64,000 bases of DNA from the human T2T-CHM13v2.0 reference genome, Homo sapiens. Positions 31,220 through 48,997 of the stretch are shown piece by piece. Under the pieces are notes generated by a model. The model made no database searches, had not been told where the DNA came from, and was given only the letters and a program-made list of their open reading frames with translations. How positions within the stretch are numbered: position 1 is the first letter of the stretch; the number at the start of each line of letters is the position of its first letter. The stretch is from the NCBI RefSeq assembly GCF_009914755.1, contig NC_060932.1; one strand, given 5' to 3'. The position numbers and the translations under genes were made by a program.

Positions 31220-31561
31220 TCAGAATTTCTTACTGAATAATCCTTTTATAGTTTGTTATAACTAACTCAAAACAGTAGTGGGAGTTCTTATTCAGATAGC
31301 TAAAAAATTCCAGGCACCTCCTGTACTATAAGTGTCCCTCATAGCACAAAGGGGAAAGCTGCCCTTTAAGAATCCATAAATGCAATGAAACTCTACTTAC
31401 GCCACCCAGGTTGTTAGGACACAGGAATATTAATCTGGAGAAGCCTTTGATAATAGAATATAGTCAAAGTTGACATTGTGCTAGAATATTTGAATTTTTT
31501 ATTTTCCAGAAATTATTTTCACTCTTTGCTACATTTACTGTTTGACCTCAAAAGAATGTAA

Positions 31562-31915
<354 letters not shown>

Positions 31916-33483
31916 CAGAATTGCTGGAACTTAATGCCAACTCTCAATTGTCTTTCCTTCTGCTAGATCTAGTTAATAGCAGGTGTCTGATACATGTTAC
32001 TGAAGTGAATATGAAAAATCCAGAGTAAGCAAATAAATCATATTTTTTTAATTAAAAACATATAAAGTACATTTTTGTCAAATGAACCTAATTGGCAAAG
32101 CAAAATCTCATCTTTTAAATTTCTGAGTTTCCACTATTGATAAAAAAAAAAAAATAACGTAAAACAGTGTTGGATTTTCAAACTCAAAAGAAAGAAAAAA
32201 ACCACAAAAAACAAAAAAAGCAGAAGTTGGGTAAAAACGAGTTCTGACTAAAAGCTGCAATACTGCCTCAAATGTGCCCGTGACCCCACCTATTGCTCAA
32301 TTTCTACACCATGAGGGTAAAGGGAAACGAAATGCAACTTGGATTCACTTGACTTCTTAAGTCTTACAGAGAGAGAAACTGATCAGAAAAGATACATTTT
32401 TGGAGGTTGGTTTTTTTTTTTAATTCTTGCTTGTAAGGCAGGGCTTGGTGACTCCTGGTCTCCTCCAATAGCCTAATTTTCCTCCCAAAAGTAAGCTTTT
32501 GATTCCACTAGGGTGGGCAAGTATCTTTGTACTCTGCCATTTCAGAGATAAGAGCCAACTGATTTTAGAAATCCAAGAGCAAATGAAATGTGCAACATTT
32601 TACTCTTGGATTGCTTGAGACTGCATCTGTATGCCTATTCCCTGGAGTGCAGACTGTCTTGTGAGCATTTGGTGCCACTGAACTCTGAAAATCAGGGCAT
32701 GCAGCATCTGCTGGGGAACACAATCTGGTTTCTGTGGATCAGAAGCATTTCTCTACACGTTAGAGTCTTAAGGATTTTTAAAGAGAGCAGGTCTACTCAG
32801 GCAACTCGTTACCGTCCCTTTCAACCGGAGTCAGAACTAAGAATGCTCAGCAGATGGTTGTGGAGTGAGGTAAATTTACATGCAGCCTTCAGTCATTAGT
32901 GACAGATCTATTTTAAAGGGACGAGGTTGTGCAACAAGGGTACAAAGGCAGCTCATGGTTCTAATTGTTGGGCTCCATTAGAAGGGGTCTTTCTGGAGAC
33001 TGTGGTTTCTTAGAGCACCGCAGTCTACCCCTGAATGAAAGGCATCCTGCTGGCTAATTAACTTGCAGCACTTTCTTCTCTATTGTGCCTTGATTTTTTG
33101 TTTTGTTTGGTTTTAATCTCAGACCTTGTTTCTAGTAGGACTGATGGAGTCTTCCATTATTTCGCCCAAATATTTTATGAAGAACAGAGTTTCCAATCAC
33201 TCACTCACTCTGATTTCATTACTTTTAGCATACTTTTCGTTCTTATAATCTGCAATAAAGAGGAAGACTATTAAGATTCAAGCTTGTTTGAGCAAGTACA
33301 CTGCCAGAGCAAAATCAGAGGAATTCATGGAAGACTGGGAAGGTGCAAGTAATCTTTCTCTTAGAATTGTGATGGTAACATATGAAATAAAATGTGGGAG
33401 CAAATGAAGCCATTGAAAAGAGAGGCCATTATACTTCTGACCACTTGGGAAATACCCCCCAAAATAGCTGAAAGGTCCCAAGA

Positions 33484-33670
33484 GGCTGGGCACAGTGGCT
33501 CACATCTGTAATCCTAGCACTTTGAGAGGCCAAGGCAGGCAGATCACTTGAGCCCAGGAGTCAGAGACCAGCTTGGGCAACATGGCAAAACCCCATCTCT
33601 ACCCAAACAAACAAACAAACAAACAAACAAACTAGCCAGGCATGGTGGCAACTGCTTGTAGTCTAGCTAC
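33484..33670 (+). mobile_element. AluJ, 3'-truncated
   Basis: Left arm, (AAAC)n linker, right arm ends after GTCTAGCTAC. Confidence 0.9.
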
Positions 33671-33853
33671 AGCTTCCATGAATTGTTCAGTGATGCTCTC
33701 TTAACTCCATGATCTATGGAACAGGCAGGCAGAAATGGAGAGACAGTGGGTGGAGGGGAGGAGCCTCAAATGGCACAGAAATCTGTAGCATCTAGATCAG
33801 AGTGACACCTCAGAGTTTCGAGTAACGACAGGCACCTGGCCCATGGCTGGGAT

Positions 33854-34542
33854 TGTTACCAGTGGTGAATCTGTGCAGGTCTGCAGCAACCTCAATTCTT
33901 CCCTCCTTAGGATAAAAACTTCATTGAGGGGCATAAAGCAGAAGAGACTGAAGCAAGTTTTAGAGAGGGAGTGAAAGTTTATTAAAAAGCTTTAGAGCAG
34001 GAATGAAAAGAAAGTAAAATACACTTGGAAGAGGGCCAAGCAGACATCTTGGAGGTCAAGCACAGGGATTTGACCTTCTGACTTGGGGGTGTATATGCTG
34101 GCCTATTTCCAGCACTTCACATCCCTTTTCCCTTGATTCTTCCTTTAGGATGGGCTGCCGCATGTGTGGTGGCCTGCTAGTGCTTGGGAAGTGAGCATGC
34201 ACAGTGTGTTTACTGGCGTTGTACACATGCTCACCTGAGGCGTTCTTCGGGTGAATGCCCCCAGAAAGTCATGTACCAGTTAAACTCTGCCATTTGGCCT
34301 CTTAGTGCATATGTGTGAGCCCCCTGCGCAACTCCTGGGACCTTATCGGGAAGCTGATAATCACCAGTTTCAGATTTTTCCTATTTATAAAAAGACTGCC
34401 TTTCCCTGGAGCTGGCTGCAACCAATTATTTTAGAGAGACAGTTACCAACCACCTGTTCATCACTTGATGGTGGCCTGACATTCCTGGTTAGGGCGGGGG
34501 GCACTGTCCTGCTCTGCTCATGTCTGCCTACCTACTGTAGCA
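33854..34542 (-). mobile_element. MER50 ERV1 solo LTR (copy 1)
   Basis: TG..CA termini; near-TSD GGAT/GGAC; matches recalled MER50 and aligns by eye to 48998-49660. Confidence 0.85.
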
Positions 34543-34938
34543 GGACCACAGGCAGACTTTTCTTAAGGAGACTCCCAGCTTTCTTCCTGGTGAAGGACCC
34601 AGAGTTTGTGAGCCCAGGACTGCAGATAATCAAAAATATTAAATTATGGAAGCTAAATATTTAAAATAATAACTCATAATGGCTCTCCAAATGTCTGTAA
34701 AAGGATTTCACTTAACAATACCTGGCAAATATTATGTCAGTGGAAAATACAGCCAAGTTTTGGCTCATCCAAAATGTTGTCATCACCGCCACTTTAATAT
34801 TTAAGAGATTAATGTTTCAAGGCTCTTCCAGAACATTGTATTTGGAGTCTGATTGAAAGACTCCTCGGTCCTCCCTCATTATTCTTTATGTGTGACTTTG
34901 GATGCTCTCAATACACTTAAATTGTATGTCCCTGTGGG

Positions 34939-35420
<482 letters not shown>

Positions 35421-37147
35421 CTCTGTGCAAATGAACAGGTACTGGGGCATAATGATATGCAGGACTGTTCTTGAGCCAGGCTTTGTGATTCATGAAGTGG
35501 GTGATAGTTGATTGGCATTGTTTCAGTACTCAGTAGCTATGAAGCATTCTATTGGTATCATTAGTATTAAATATGGAGCAGAAGCATAACTCATCTCCCT
35601 CATGGCCACATGAAGAAAGATCAGTATGTTAGAGCTGAAGGACACCTAAAGCCCCAAACAACTGCCAGAGACCAAAATCATTTGTCTCAAGAAATGTTAA
35701 CACCCTTTTTGTGTTCAAGTTTTATTATTTCTTTACTAAAATTGCCCATTCACCCCTTTGTTTTATTTTTCACACCTAAAAAAGTAGCCAAGTTTGAAAA
35801 AGAAAGAGTGCTTGCCACCCTTTCTGTCCTTAAAGTGAAGGCCTTGTCTATCTCATTCTGATCTCTGCCCATCCATCACCATTCAGCACTCCTGTTGTGA
35901 CTTCGCCCCATCTCCAATCTTACGTTTTATTTTCTTGGTACTTTTGGTCATGGCTGTGTTGATGGTTTCAGAAGAATACATAGTATATTAAGGGGTAACG
36001 TTTACAAATGTTCTTGAGAGAACTAATTTTTCCCCCTTCATCTCAAGGTGTCACTGCTTAATTATTATGGTTCCTAAATAATCTCTATGATGTGGTTAAC
36101 TATCCCTACCTTGCAGAAATCCTGGAAGATGAGACGGACCTAGCATGTTGTGTGAGCAACATCTCTTAGAGATAATCAATTTGATATCAGCACAATTATT
36201 GTGGCTACTATTGAAATTTCTCTTAGTTTCTTAGATTAGTACTATTGGAACTAATCATAAATAACCAATTTACAAGAAAATGAGTCTCATTATATTATAG
36301 CACGAAGAGGATATATTCAAGGAGATACACCTTTGAATCTATTATTTCGATATGCTTATAAAAATTACTATTTTAATAAATTTCCCAGTCAATCCTATTG
36401 TGTAGAAAAAGATGCTTCACTGCTTACATATTTTAAGATGAGACTGGGAACAAGCAGATTAATTTGGTTGTGAGACTGGGAGTTTATGAGCAAAATGTTC
36501 TTCTGTGCAAACGAAGTAGAAGCTTCATTTCCCTTCCCTTCAGTTAACCCTATGTTATTGGATACGTACCAGGTACTAGAGATTCTCTCCCTGGGTAGTC
36601 TGGCTTAGAATGGCTCCCCAGGCTCTAGCCATCTGCATAGCTGCTAGAGGAAAAAGCTGTTTTAGTTGGCTCCAAGAATGTCTCTGGGAATTATAATGTA
36701 TTCATAGAAATGAGTGTGGAGTGCCCACTTGCACAATGGAAGATCCACAATAATACACCTGGATCTGATAGCACCTTCCTGAACTTGGGCCACTTCCCTC
36801 TTTGAGGTTTGTGAGGCCAAAGGGATATACACAGAGGCTGCCTTTGTTTGTGATTACCTGGGAATTAGATGGGGTATCATTCCCCCTTATATCCTTTTAC
36901 TATAGCTTGTTCACTTTTGAAAAGGTGGAAAACTAGACTAAATTCTGTATTGAAAATGTCAAGTCAAATATGCTATATAACCAAGAAATATCAGTATAGA
37001 ATATCATGTATTCTACACAAAGCTACATTTTCAATATAATCCCCGTAATTATTTCACTCATCAAAGAAATGTATCCAGCTGAGACATAAAACCTTAGTCA
37101 ATACATTAAGAAAAAAAGAAAAAAAAAACCATTTTTTTCCCAGTCAT

Positions 37148-37238
37148 GGGGACCAGATTGTGTCTATTATTCATCAGGGCCTAGCACAATGTTGAGCACA
37201 TGCTCAAGGTGGCCAATAAATCCTTGTGGAATTGAGTT
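37148..37238 (+). mobile_element. L2 3'-end fragment
   Basis: GGGCCTAGCACAATGTTGAGCACA..CAATAAATCCTTGTGGAATTGA. Confidence 0.6.
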
Positions 37239-39194
37239 ATATGGGAGTCAATTATTCGGTCACAGCACTGGATTAGGAGGTTGAGTTCTTGATAGATTTA
37301 CTTTCAGCTGACCTGTGTGACATTTGGTATTTGGTTTTGCAACTTTGTTTTCAGTTTTTTCCATGCACCAATACTCCTAGAATTTTGCTTTTGCCTCTTT
37401 TCTTCCCTTTCATCTTTTTTTTTTTTTTCTGTAGAAAGCATACATCCATATAGAAGACCTCTCTCAATACATTCCAGATCTGAGTTGCAGTGCAGCACTT
37501 AGCTTAGCTTGTGAAACACTCCGAAGACTTGATTAATATCATCCTATGGAGAGATGTCCTTAAGTAACTTAGAATGGATCCTTTATTTTTCCAGTAAATA
37601 AACTCTAAAATATGAGGATTTCCAAGGTGAAAAGAAAGAGTACGAACCCAAGAAATATTTTAAATGAATCTTGTTTTCCGTCCCTGTGTTCTGAGTAACA
37701 TCTGTATTCACCCCTGCCTTTCCATTGATTGGAAACCTTTAGTATTCTTTGTACTCTCACAGTCCTAGTTTCTCAGAACTGTCTGTCCCAGTCTAGGCAG
37801 TTGTTTCATTAAACAAATGTTATTAAACAAATAATTTTGAGTGTGTGTCTGGTGGGGAGGGGAGGCTGGGGGGTTAAATTCATGTATTTTTAGGCAAGAG
37901 TATTAACAAGAATTGTTTGAAATATTTCTGAAACCATAGTGTCATAATGAAAATAAAAATAAGGTGGAGACTGGATTGTAATTAACACAGAGCTTTTCCA
38001 TCCAAGACAGAGCTTAAAGGCCTCTGTTTGTTGCGTCACTTTAAAAACAAACCCTACTGCCAGGGATTTCCAATGGCAACTTTACCGTGCTTACCCAAAT
38101 GGAGGTAATTAACAACCCTTCTGTGTGTTAAATTAGGTATCCACAGAATTGGGAAGCTTCAGATATTTATTGTAAACCAGAGCCTCTTTTCTTGTTAATC
38201 TCCTAAGACAGCAGACTAGTGACTCGCACCCATTAGAACAAATGAACTAAGAAACTGAATGACAGGTTCTGAGGCCCCTAAGAAGAAAAAACAGAGTCTG
38301 GATTAGAGCTGCTTAACAGACCACTCACTGGGGCATGCTCCCTCCCCACGCCCATTTCCTATCCCAGAAAATAACAAACTTCAGATGACCCGCCAAAAAC
38401 GACTACCTTTTATATTTGTCGTTGAATTATTTCTTCTTTGTTTAAAATTAAATAATGCAAGTGATTTTTTTGCTTTAGAAAGGAGGATTACCTCTTCCTA
38501 GACATCCAGTTGAAAAACCAACTGGTATAGAAGGGAAATGCATCTCAAACAGATACAATGACATTCTTATAATTGCCTCATTTGAAATGGCAGCATTTCC
38601 CCGTGCTAATTATCATCCTTCAGCTAATTTGGTACATTAAAGGAGATTGTTATTAAAAACAAAATTAAATCCATTGCCAGCATCTTTATTCTCTACCAGA
38701 AGAAAAATTTTAAATAAATGCAAATACGCCAGTTTTGCTCTTAATGTTGCCTGAAGTTGAAAGGATGAACTTTGACTTGAAAGATAATGAGTTCCCCCTG
38801 TTGGAGGATCTGAGGTTTGGGTTGGATAATCCCAGATGATGTTGGAATAGACAGAATTTAAGGTTCCTTCTAACCCTGAAATTCTATGGTTATAAAATCT
38901 ATCCTTTTCTTGAAAGAAGAAATATTAAAGGTGTTTTCAAGGAAATGGTAGCATAATGAAAAAGGAAACACAAAAATGATTTTTTTTTCCTTAATAAGCA
39001 GTCACCTCACTTGGTAATAGTTTTTCTTCTTAATTGCTTGTTTGTTTGTAACAAATGCGGTGGTGTAATCAAGTGGCTTTTACAATAATAAAACACTTCT
39101 CTCAATTAAACTGTACTGCAAGGAATTCAAAGATGAACAGAAGTGTTCCTTCTTTTAAGATGCTGATTTATAAGCATCCCTTTAAAATTTACTT

Positions 39195-39325
39195 CTCTTT
39201 CTGATGATAAAAGTAATACACGTTTATTGTAGAACATTTGGAAACTACCAGGGACTATAAATAACCCATAGTTGCCCCACCAGAGAATATTCTTAATATT
39301 TTTGGCATATTTCTTCCATATATCT
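39195..39325 (-). mobile_element. L1ME-like 3'-end fragment
   Basis: ATAAAAGTAATACACGTTTATTGTAGAA.ATTTGGAAA..TTTTGGCATATTTCTTCCA. Confidence 0.55.
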
Positions 39326-40211
39326 ATTCATATTCACATTCATACTAATTTGTCATATTCTAATTTAACCCTCTCTTTAATGTTTATAATGTGATTATAC
39401 TACTTTTTAACACATGAATTGTCTCCAAATAAAAGCCAAAGTGATCCATTTGTTAATTTTTTTTAATCCTACCCAGCTGAAATGGACAAAGAGGAGCCCA
39501 TCTCACTCGGGGGAGGGGATCAAAGAGTTATCCTTTCTCTTGATCAATTCTGTAGCAATCAGCCATGATAAGAAGCCCAAATTACCAAATTAACAAAAAG
39601 AATTTTATTTAGTGGCCATATATAAAAGCTAAATGGACAGTTGGAGACAGACAACAAAAACTAATATAAAACTAAAAATGTGAAAATTCAGCATTTAATG
39701 AAAATGAGAGCTTAGAAAAACTAGCATCCAGATTTATTCAGACTGAATTTCTGCCCTGGGAAATTAATGAATCATCCTTCAGTTCCCTTTTGTGTCTGTG
39801 CATCCAGCCTCATTGTCCTTGGTAGTAAATTATGTACACCCCCTGTTTCCAAATCTTCAAATACGGTATGCGTCATAAAGTCACAAAATGTGTAATTTGG
39901 GTCCTGTATACAAATTCTAGCCAGGGAATGGCTTGTAGTCATGCTAAATATTCTTTACAAGTTGTGTAACAAAGACAAAGAAAACTACAAAAAAATACAG
40001 AGAAACATAAAAAATTTCCCATTCCTTCTGTGATTCTGATGTATTTCCCTTTGATTCTTTGCTTCTACATTGAAATAGACTTAGTGGGTAATACTAATAA
40101 TTACAGTTAACAGTGACCAGGTGATATGGTTTGACTAGGTCCCCACCCAAAATCTCATCTTGAACTGTAGCTCCCATAATTCGCACGTCATGGGAGGGAT
40201 CCCGTCGGAGG

Positions 40212-40812
<601 letters not shown>

Positions 40813-41323
40813 TGAGAACAAACTAATACATCAGAAGTTCTGATTTTCATATCAGCACAGAGAAAAGTGACCTTCCCAGTCCAGTCTATCGTATTCTCAA
40901 ATTACTTTCTCTAACTTGTGAAATAAGATCTTCTTGGTGAACTTTATCAGACATTTCTGAACAGAATTACCACTCTGTGGTGGCCTGGGTAAATGTAATA
41001 TATTTATAATAATTTGAAAAGATTCCTCCAGGACTTTTACAAAGACAGATGATATTAAACTGAACAAATAGTGCTAGGTAAGAAGTAAATTGTTCAATTT
41101 TTTCACAGAAGCCCTGTAGATTTTAGCAAAACCCCCCAGACACAATGTCAAATTTCTCAGCAGGTTTCTTGGTTTTAGCTCTTCCCCTTAAGCAGTAGTT
41201 AACAGAATATTAGATGTGAGTAAAGTTATTTCTTTGTTATTCTACCTGGGTTGACTACCAGAGAAAATCCCTGAACATTTTACAAATTGCTCAACAGATT
41301 TTCATCTAAAACTAGAAAAGATT

Positions 41324-41606
41324 GGCCAGTTATGGTGGCTCACGCAGGAACATTGCTTTAGCCCAGGAGCTGAAAACCAGCCTGGGCAATAGAGTGGGAC
41401 CCCCATTTCTAAAAAATAATATCTTTTAAAAAATTAACTGGGCATGTCGGTGCGTGCCTGTAGTCTCACCTACTTGGGAAACTAAGGAGGGAGGATTGCT
41501 TAAGCCCAGGATGTCAAGATTGCGGTGAGCTATGATTGAGCCACTGCACTCCAGCCTGGAGGACAGAGTAAGACCCTGTCTCAAAATAAAATAAAATAAA
41601 ATAAAA
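41324..41606 (+). mobile_element. AluJ with a left-arm deletion
   Basis: GGCTCACGC joins directly to AGGAACATTGC; TSD AAAA(C/T)TAGAAA(A/G)GAT. Confidence 0.92.
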
Positions 41607-41934
41607 TTAGAAAGGATAGGTGTGTGTGGGAGGGAGACTGGTTAATCAGGGTGCATGGGATTATGTAGGGCTTGTCTTTCATTTGAGTTCTTCTCTGTCT
41701 TTTTAAAATGACTGATTATATATATTAGGTCCCAATGGCTTCATTATCACTATTATTTTAATTCATAGGTTAAATTTTATAAACATGAAAAATAATTGAC
41801 AAGCCTAGAATCTCTTTTCTGTCTATATTAGAAATTAAATTATATTTAGTAGTTAAGCAATACATGCATACATCTCATGTAATCCTTACTGTAATTAAGG
41901 ATGAAATTATGTAACATAGGAAAAGCAGATGTAA

Positions 41935-42055
41935 GTTCTCATTCTCCTTTTACACATAAGGAAATTAATTCAGACTTTTAGTAAGTTGCCCAGAATCACG
42001 CAGCTAGTAAGATTCAGAACTAAAAATATAATACCTGTCTTCTAATTCAAATGTT
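41935..42055 (-). mobile_element. MIR fragment
   Basis: TTTTACACATAAGGAAA..AGTAAGTTGCCCAGAATCACGCAGCTAGTAAG. Confidence 0.7.
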
Positions 42056-42146
42056 TCACATCCAAGTGCCCATATACTAATAATTTTTAACTCTTTTGTT
42101 GGGGTTAAATGAGATAAAATTGAGTCTTATTGTATAGAATTTATCA

Positions 42147-42470
<324 letters not shown>

Positions 42471-42802
42471 CTAAAATGATACCTAAAATGATAAACAATT
42501 TAAATTTAGCATAATTATCATTTTTTAACTTACAGATTGACATATTTCTGCAAGTGTTTTCAGAGGCATTGGGGCCACAGAAGTCCAAGTCAAGGCAATT
42601 TTTGGTACTAAACAGTTGACTTTTCTCTGGTCCACATCAAAGCTGCCACTGTGCAGAGAACTAACACGTGTATGTGACTAGTCTAGGGCTGGAGGAACAT
42701 GCGAGGGGACTGTTGGAAAGGAAAAACTTTTGCTCTTCCTCTAGGTTCAGTAAATTAGGGACTGTAAACAATAATAATGAAAGATTAATAAGAGGCACAC
42801 AA

Positions 42803-43119
<317 letters not shown>

Positions 43120-43299
43120 CCACAATTTTATTAATATTTATATGCAAAAGAGCTTGTAGAAAATCAGTGAAAATCAAAGAAGTGGTTAGACTAGGGGGTT
43201 TATAAACCCTTCTTAACCAAGGAAAGAGGGTTTGGGCATCAATGAGTGGCGAATTGTGGAGAAGTGACTAGAAAATGTATGAGAGAAACTAATGGAAGG

Positions 43300-43694
43300 T
43301 ATATTAGTTCATTCTCAAGCTGCTATAAGGACATGCCCAAGACTGGGTAATTTATAAATGAAAAAGGTTTGACTCACAGTTCTGCAGGGCGTGGAGGCCT
43401 CAGGAAACTTACAATCATGGCAGAAGGAGAAGCAAACACATCCTTCTTCACATGGCGGCTGCAAGGAGAAGTGCTGAGCAAAAAGGGGAAAAGCCCCTTA
43501 TAAAACCATCAGATCTTGTGAGAACTCACTCACTATCGTGAGAACTCACTTACTATCATGAGAACAGCATGAGGGTAACAGCCCCCATCGTTCAGTTCAA
43601 TTACCTCCGACCAGGTCCCTTCCATGACACATGGGGATTATGGGGACTACAATTCAAGATGAGATTTGGGTGGGGACACAGCCAAACCATATCA
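43300..43694 (-). mobile_element. THE1C/D MaLR solo LTR
   Basis: Ends GGGGACACAGCCAAACCATATCA; TSD GAAGG at 43295-43299 and 43695-43699. Confidence 0.92.
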
Positions 43695-44402
43695 GAAGGT
43701 AAGGCCTATTTTAGTAAGTTTTGTTTATGCAAACTCATCTCAGTGTTGACTCCCTATCTTTATAACATGGGTCACTTTTTTCTTCCTGATGGTGTGGGGG
43801 AGAGGGCACCTATCTCAAAGAGAAATTTTGCTCTGCTTTTAGATGTACAAGGGAAAGACAGAGAACTGTTCCTGCATCCATTGATTATCAATTGCCTTCA
43901 GCTCAAAATAATCCTTATGCCAAAGTAGCATATTTTGGGGTGGCATATTTCAACCTCCTTCATCTCTACCCAGCTGGAACTGTCCAGGGAGTTGCATACC
44001 TCAAAAGCTGAGTTGGTGGCTATAAAGACAAGATTTGGGTTAGTTCCTGAGAGGTAAGAGACCTGCAAAGGGAAAGAACATAGATCAGAACGAGAATAAA
44101 TAAGCAGAAAAGAGCAAATCTCAGCACATTCCCACTGATCTCACTAAACCAGGCTCCTAGTACTGGAAATAGGTCAGTCAACTTCAACAATTGTATCTCA
44201 TTTCAGGAAGCAGCATGCAGGTGGGAGTGGGGCACCCCTCTGAAGTTTGGCCTTTATGCTATGTGAATAATCACACACTTAAAGAGAGGCATTTCTATGA
44301 AAACAAAAGAAAAACAAAGATTAACAGTTGGAGCAGACTCTAAAGCCAGTTTTTGAGTCCAGAAGGCAGTTAGTTGGCAAGATTTCTAAATGTTGGATTC
44401 AA

Positions 44403-44717
<315 letters not shown>

Positions 44718-46846
44718 TTAGATGGTGGATTGAGGATAACAGGGGCAGTCTCAGTCACGTGCATTTCCCGGAGTTTGAAGGAACATGTTCTGGTGAGCTT
44801 CCTGAGTGGTCCAAACTACGGTAGTGATAATTCCTTTGAAGTTAGGTTCAGTTGTCCAACTTCAGCTTCCAGGGCTCCAAGAAAAGGGCAATTGTGGTTC
44901 TCAGTGATGCCAAGTCACAAGGGTGAGAGAAGACTGGAAACATTAATTACAAGATGGCAGGATTCAGTTTATAAAGGGGGGAAATATCTCAATGATAATG
45001 AACATTCACAAGGGTGGGTTATAGTTTTCCATTAAAACATAAAATTTCTTTCTACAATCACCCCCAATGTGATCAAAAACAATCAAAGTATGTCTGCTTG
45101 TGTCTGGCAACTGAGTCTAGTCTCATTAAACTTGGCCAGATTATTTACATAATAAGTGCAGCAAGAATAGTAATTTAGCACGTAGGCTTTTTTGTGTTTG
45201 CTCTTCTGGAACTTTTAATAAGGACTCTCAGAATAGACTTTTAAAAGCTCTTGAGAGTAGTAAGCCAAGCCAAGAACTAGCCATTAGACTTTATCTGTAA
45301 TACCTATAGATTGGGGTGAATTTCCCTTTTCTTGAGGACTCTAAAACATTCTGAGTTTCCCGGGCCTGCCAGAAAGTTACCTTCCTTACCCACCTGTAAG
45401 GCTAGGAACGCTATAAACCAGATACGAGTCTTACTTTTCCAAGGGAGCTTTGTAAGCGTTGGTGCCATATAGTCAACCTTAGTTCCTTAAAACTATTGGG
45501 TTATATGTGATTCCACACACATTATTTTCAAACATGACACTGCAGTCAAAGCCTTAGTAGGACAGCCAATGTTTCCAATTGTGTTCTGTTCCAAGGAGAA
45601 TAGATTCTTATGGAACTTAGGCAAATAACTATATTGCCATGAAAATTGAAATACTCAATAAGCATTTCTGAATTTTGGAGAGATCAGGTAGGGGCAAAAG
45701 ATAAATATTTCATTTTTGTTTATGAAGACATAATCTATTAAATTATTGTGAATTACAGGTAGCTTTTAGAAAGGGTTTCCTGACATCCAGAAGATAGAAC
45801 ATTAAATAACCAGCAAGGTTTCAATCAAAAAGGCCATAAAAATTATAATTGTTTTTTATCAGTTCATTCAGTCCCATGTAATTAATTCTTGTTTTGCTTG
45901 ATCTTAGATTAGTGGATTTATGAATCCATCAGCTTCTCCATTAGTTCTGGAAATCCTTACTGTGTCCAGTGTTATAATCTTGAAGTTATTTAAGCAATGT
46001 CAGCAGAAGCCTGTACTCCAGAGTACCTGCCAAGGTTTTGTTCATGAATCTCTAATATGCTCTTTCTTTGCTGAAGATGAGGCATGCTGGCCTACAGCTG
46101 ACTGCGTGAGCCTTCAGAAAAGCATCGGCATAAAACAATAATTATCTGTGAATGACAATGACTTAAAATGGCCATACCTAAAGATCTGATGAGTGTTCAT
46201 TATAAGTCAATTGATAAAGAAATTTGGTCGTTTCTCTGACATACAGGATTTTAAGATAATAATGTGATACCAAGACATCTCATGAACAGCAAGGGCACTG
46301 ACAGATTTCTAGGAATTTTATATGATTTCTGAAAAATCAAAATCATTATATCCATACAAATATAACCCAGGAATGGTTAAATATCTTCTCTTTATTTGAC
46401 AGTGCTTCCCATGCAATTTAGCATATTAAATAAGCTCATCTCTCTTTTTACAAACTGAGAGAACAAATCCTTTGAGAGTTTTCCAGGGGCCCTCTGGGAA
46501 ATTCCAGAGTCAATTCAAGGTCAAGAAGACTTCATTTGGAATTTGATTTAGGGAAGTTGTGAAAAACGTGAAAAGGTTTGAACAATTGATTAAATGGGAT
46601 CACAGATCACTATAAAACAATACTTAGTTATCTATTTAACCAAAGTGACAATAAAAGATTTTCAAGATAAATATGGAAGATAACATAATCATAAAAAATT
46701 TTAACTCTTTCAATCTTAAGAAAACTTGGTTTTCTGAAATAATCAAAGACATAATAAGTGCAACATAAAGCACAGAATATTTATTTTCTAGGTGTATCAC
46801 TCAAGAGGTAAAGAAAACATTTCATAATCTCTTACCAAGAATAGAC

Positions 46847-46977
46847 TACTCGGTATAGTGGCTGAGGCCTGTAATTCCAGTCCTTTAGGAGGCTAAGGTG
46901 GGAGGATTGCTTGAGGCCAGGAGTTCAAGACCAGCCTAGGCAATATAGTGAGACCCTGTCTCTCTAAGAACAAAAAA
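46847..46977 (+). mobile_element. FLAM_C
   Basis: Single left monomer; TSD-like AA(G/A)AATAGA(C/T)T. Confidence 0.85.
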
Positions 46978-47037
46978 TAGATTAATAAACCAAGAAAACT
47001 TGCTCATTTTAAAAGTAGTTTTGCATCAATACACTAC

Positions 47038-47772
<735 letters not shown>

Positions 47773-48319
47773 TAAGCTCATTCTTTAAAACCTTATAAAT
47801 ACACCCATTCAGTCCTAGCCAGCGTGGCCACACAATGTAAGATTCTCTCTCTCTTCTGTTCTCTCTCTCTCTCTTTCACTGACCTTTACAACTTTCTATA
47901 TCAACTCACATTTTTGTCCTTTATTTTCGTCTTTCTTATTTAAATGACCTCTAAACTACTCTAGGATAAAAGTCACTGTCATTTTTCTTTAACAAAAACA
48001 CATCTCACTCTCCTTGTACGCTTTGCCTGCAGAGTTTTGTTTCTTCATCCTATTATTACTAGTAGTTCATTTACATATATTTATTAGATTTCTTAACCCT
48101 TAGTAACATTAACTTTCAGTGAAAATGAAGAAATAAACAATCATAAACTGTCAGTTACATACATGCATTCTGTGCTACATTAGCACAGGTATAAATACAT
48201 TCTCTCATAATTTCTAGAGGCATGTTTCCTAACAGTACAACTTCTCAGTGTGGCAAAAGAGCAGGTTTATTAACAGATCCAAATACCTTTAGTCTCTGCC
48301 AAATTAAGAAGTCAAAAGT

Positions 48320-48682
<363 letters not shown>

Positions 48683-48997
48683 TTATTTTCTTTGAAATTA
48701 TCTACCTATTTCATGAATATCCGTCATTTAACTTAGTATAACTTTAAGATTTCAAGTAACCAAAAAGATGTCGGAAACTATTTTTAAGTCACTGTACTAT
48801 AAAACAGTTATTGTTGAAATAAAGTTTGTCAGAGTAATGACTCAATCTGAATAAAATGCCATCTATAAGTTTAATAGCCTTAAACCTCAGTAGTTATAAT
48901 GTTAGTTTGACTAGTAAGTCCAAGTAGAATAAAATGTATATTTCATGTTGACAACTTGAAGACGTAACTCTCTTTAATTAAAGAAATAATATTAAAC

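Noticed and set aside
45045-45075. PPT-like GGGGGTGAT-TGTAG on the minus strand, suggesting a second LTR start
   Set aside because: No matching LTR end or TSD found; treated as internal ERV sequence.
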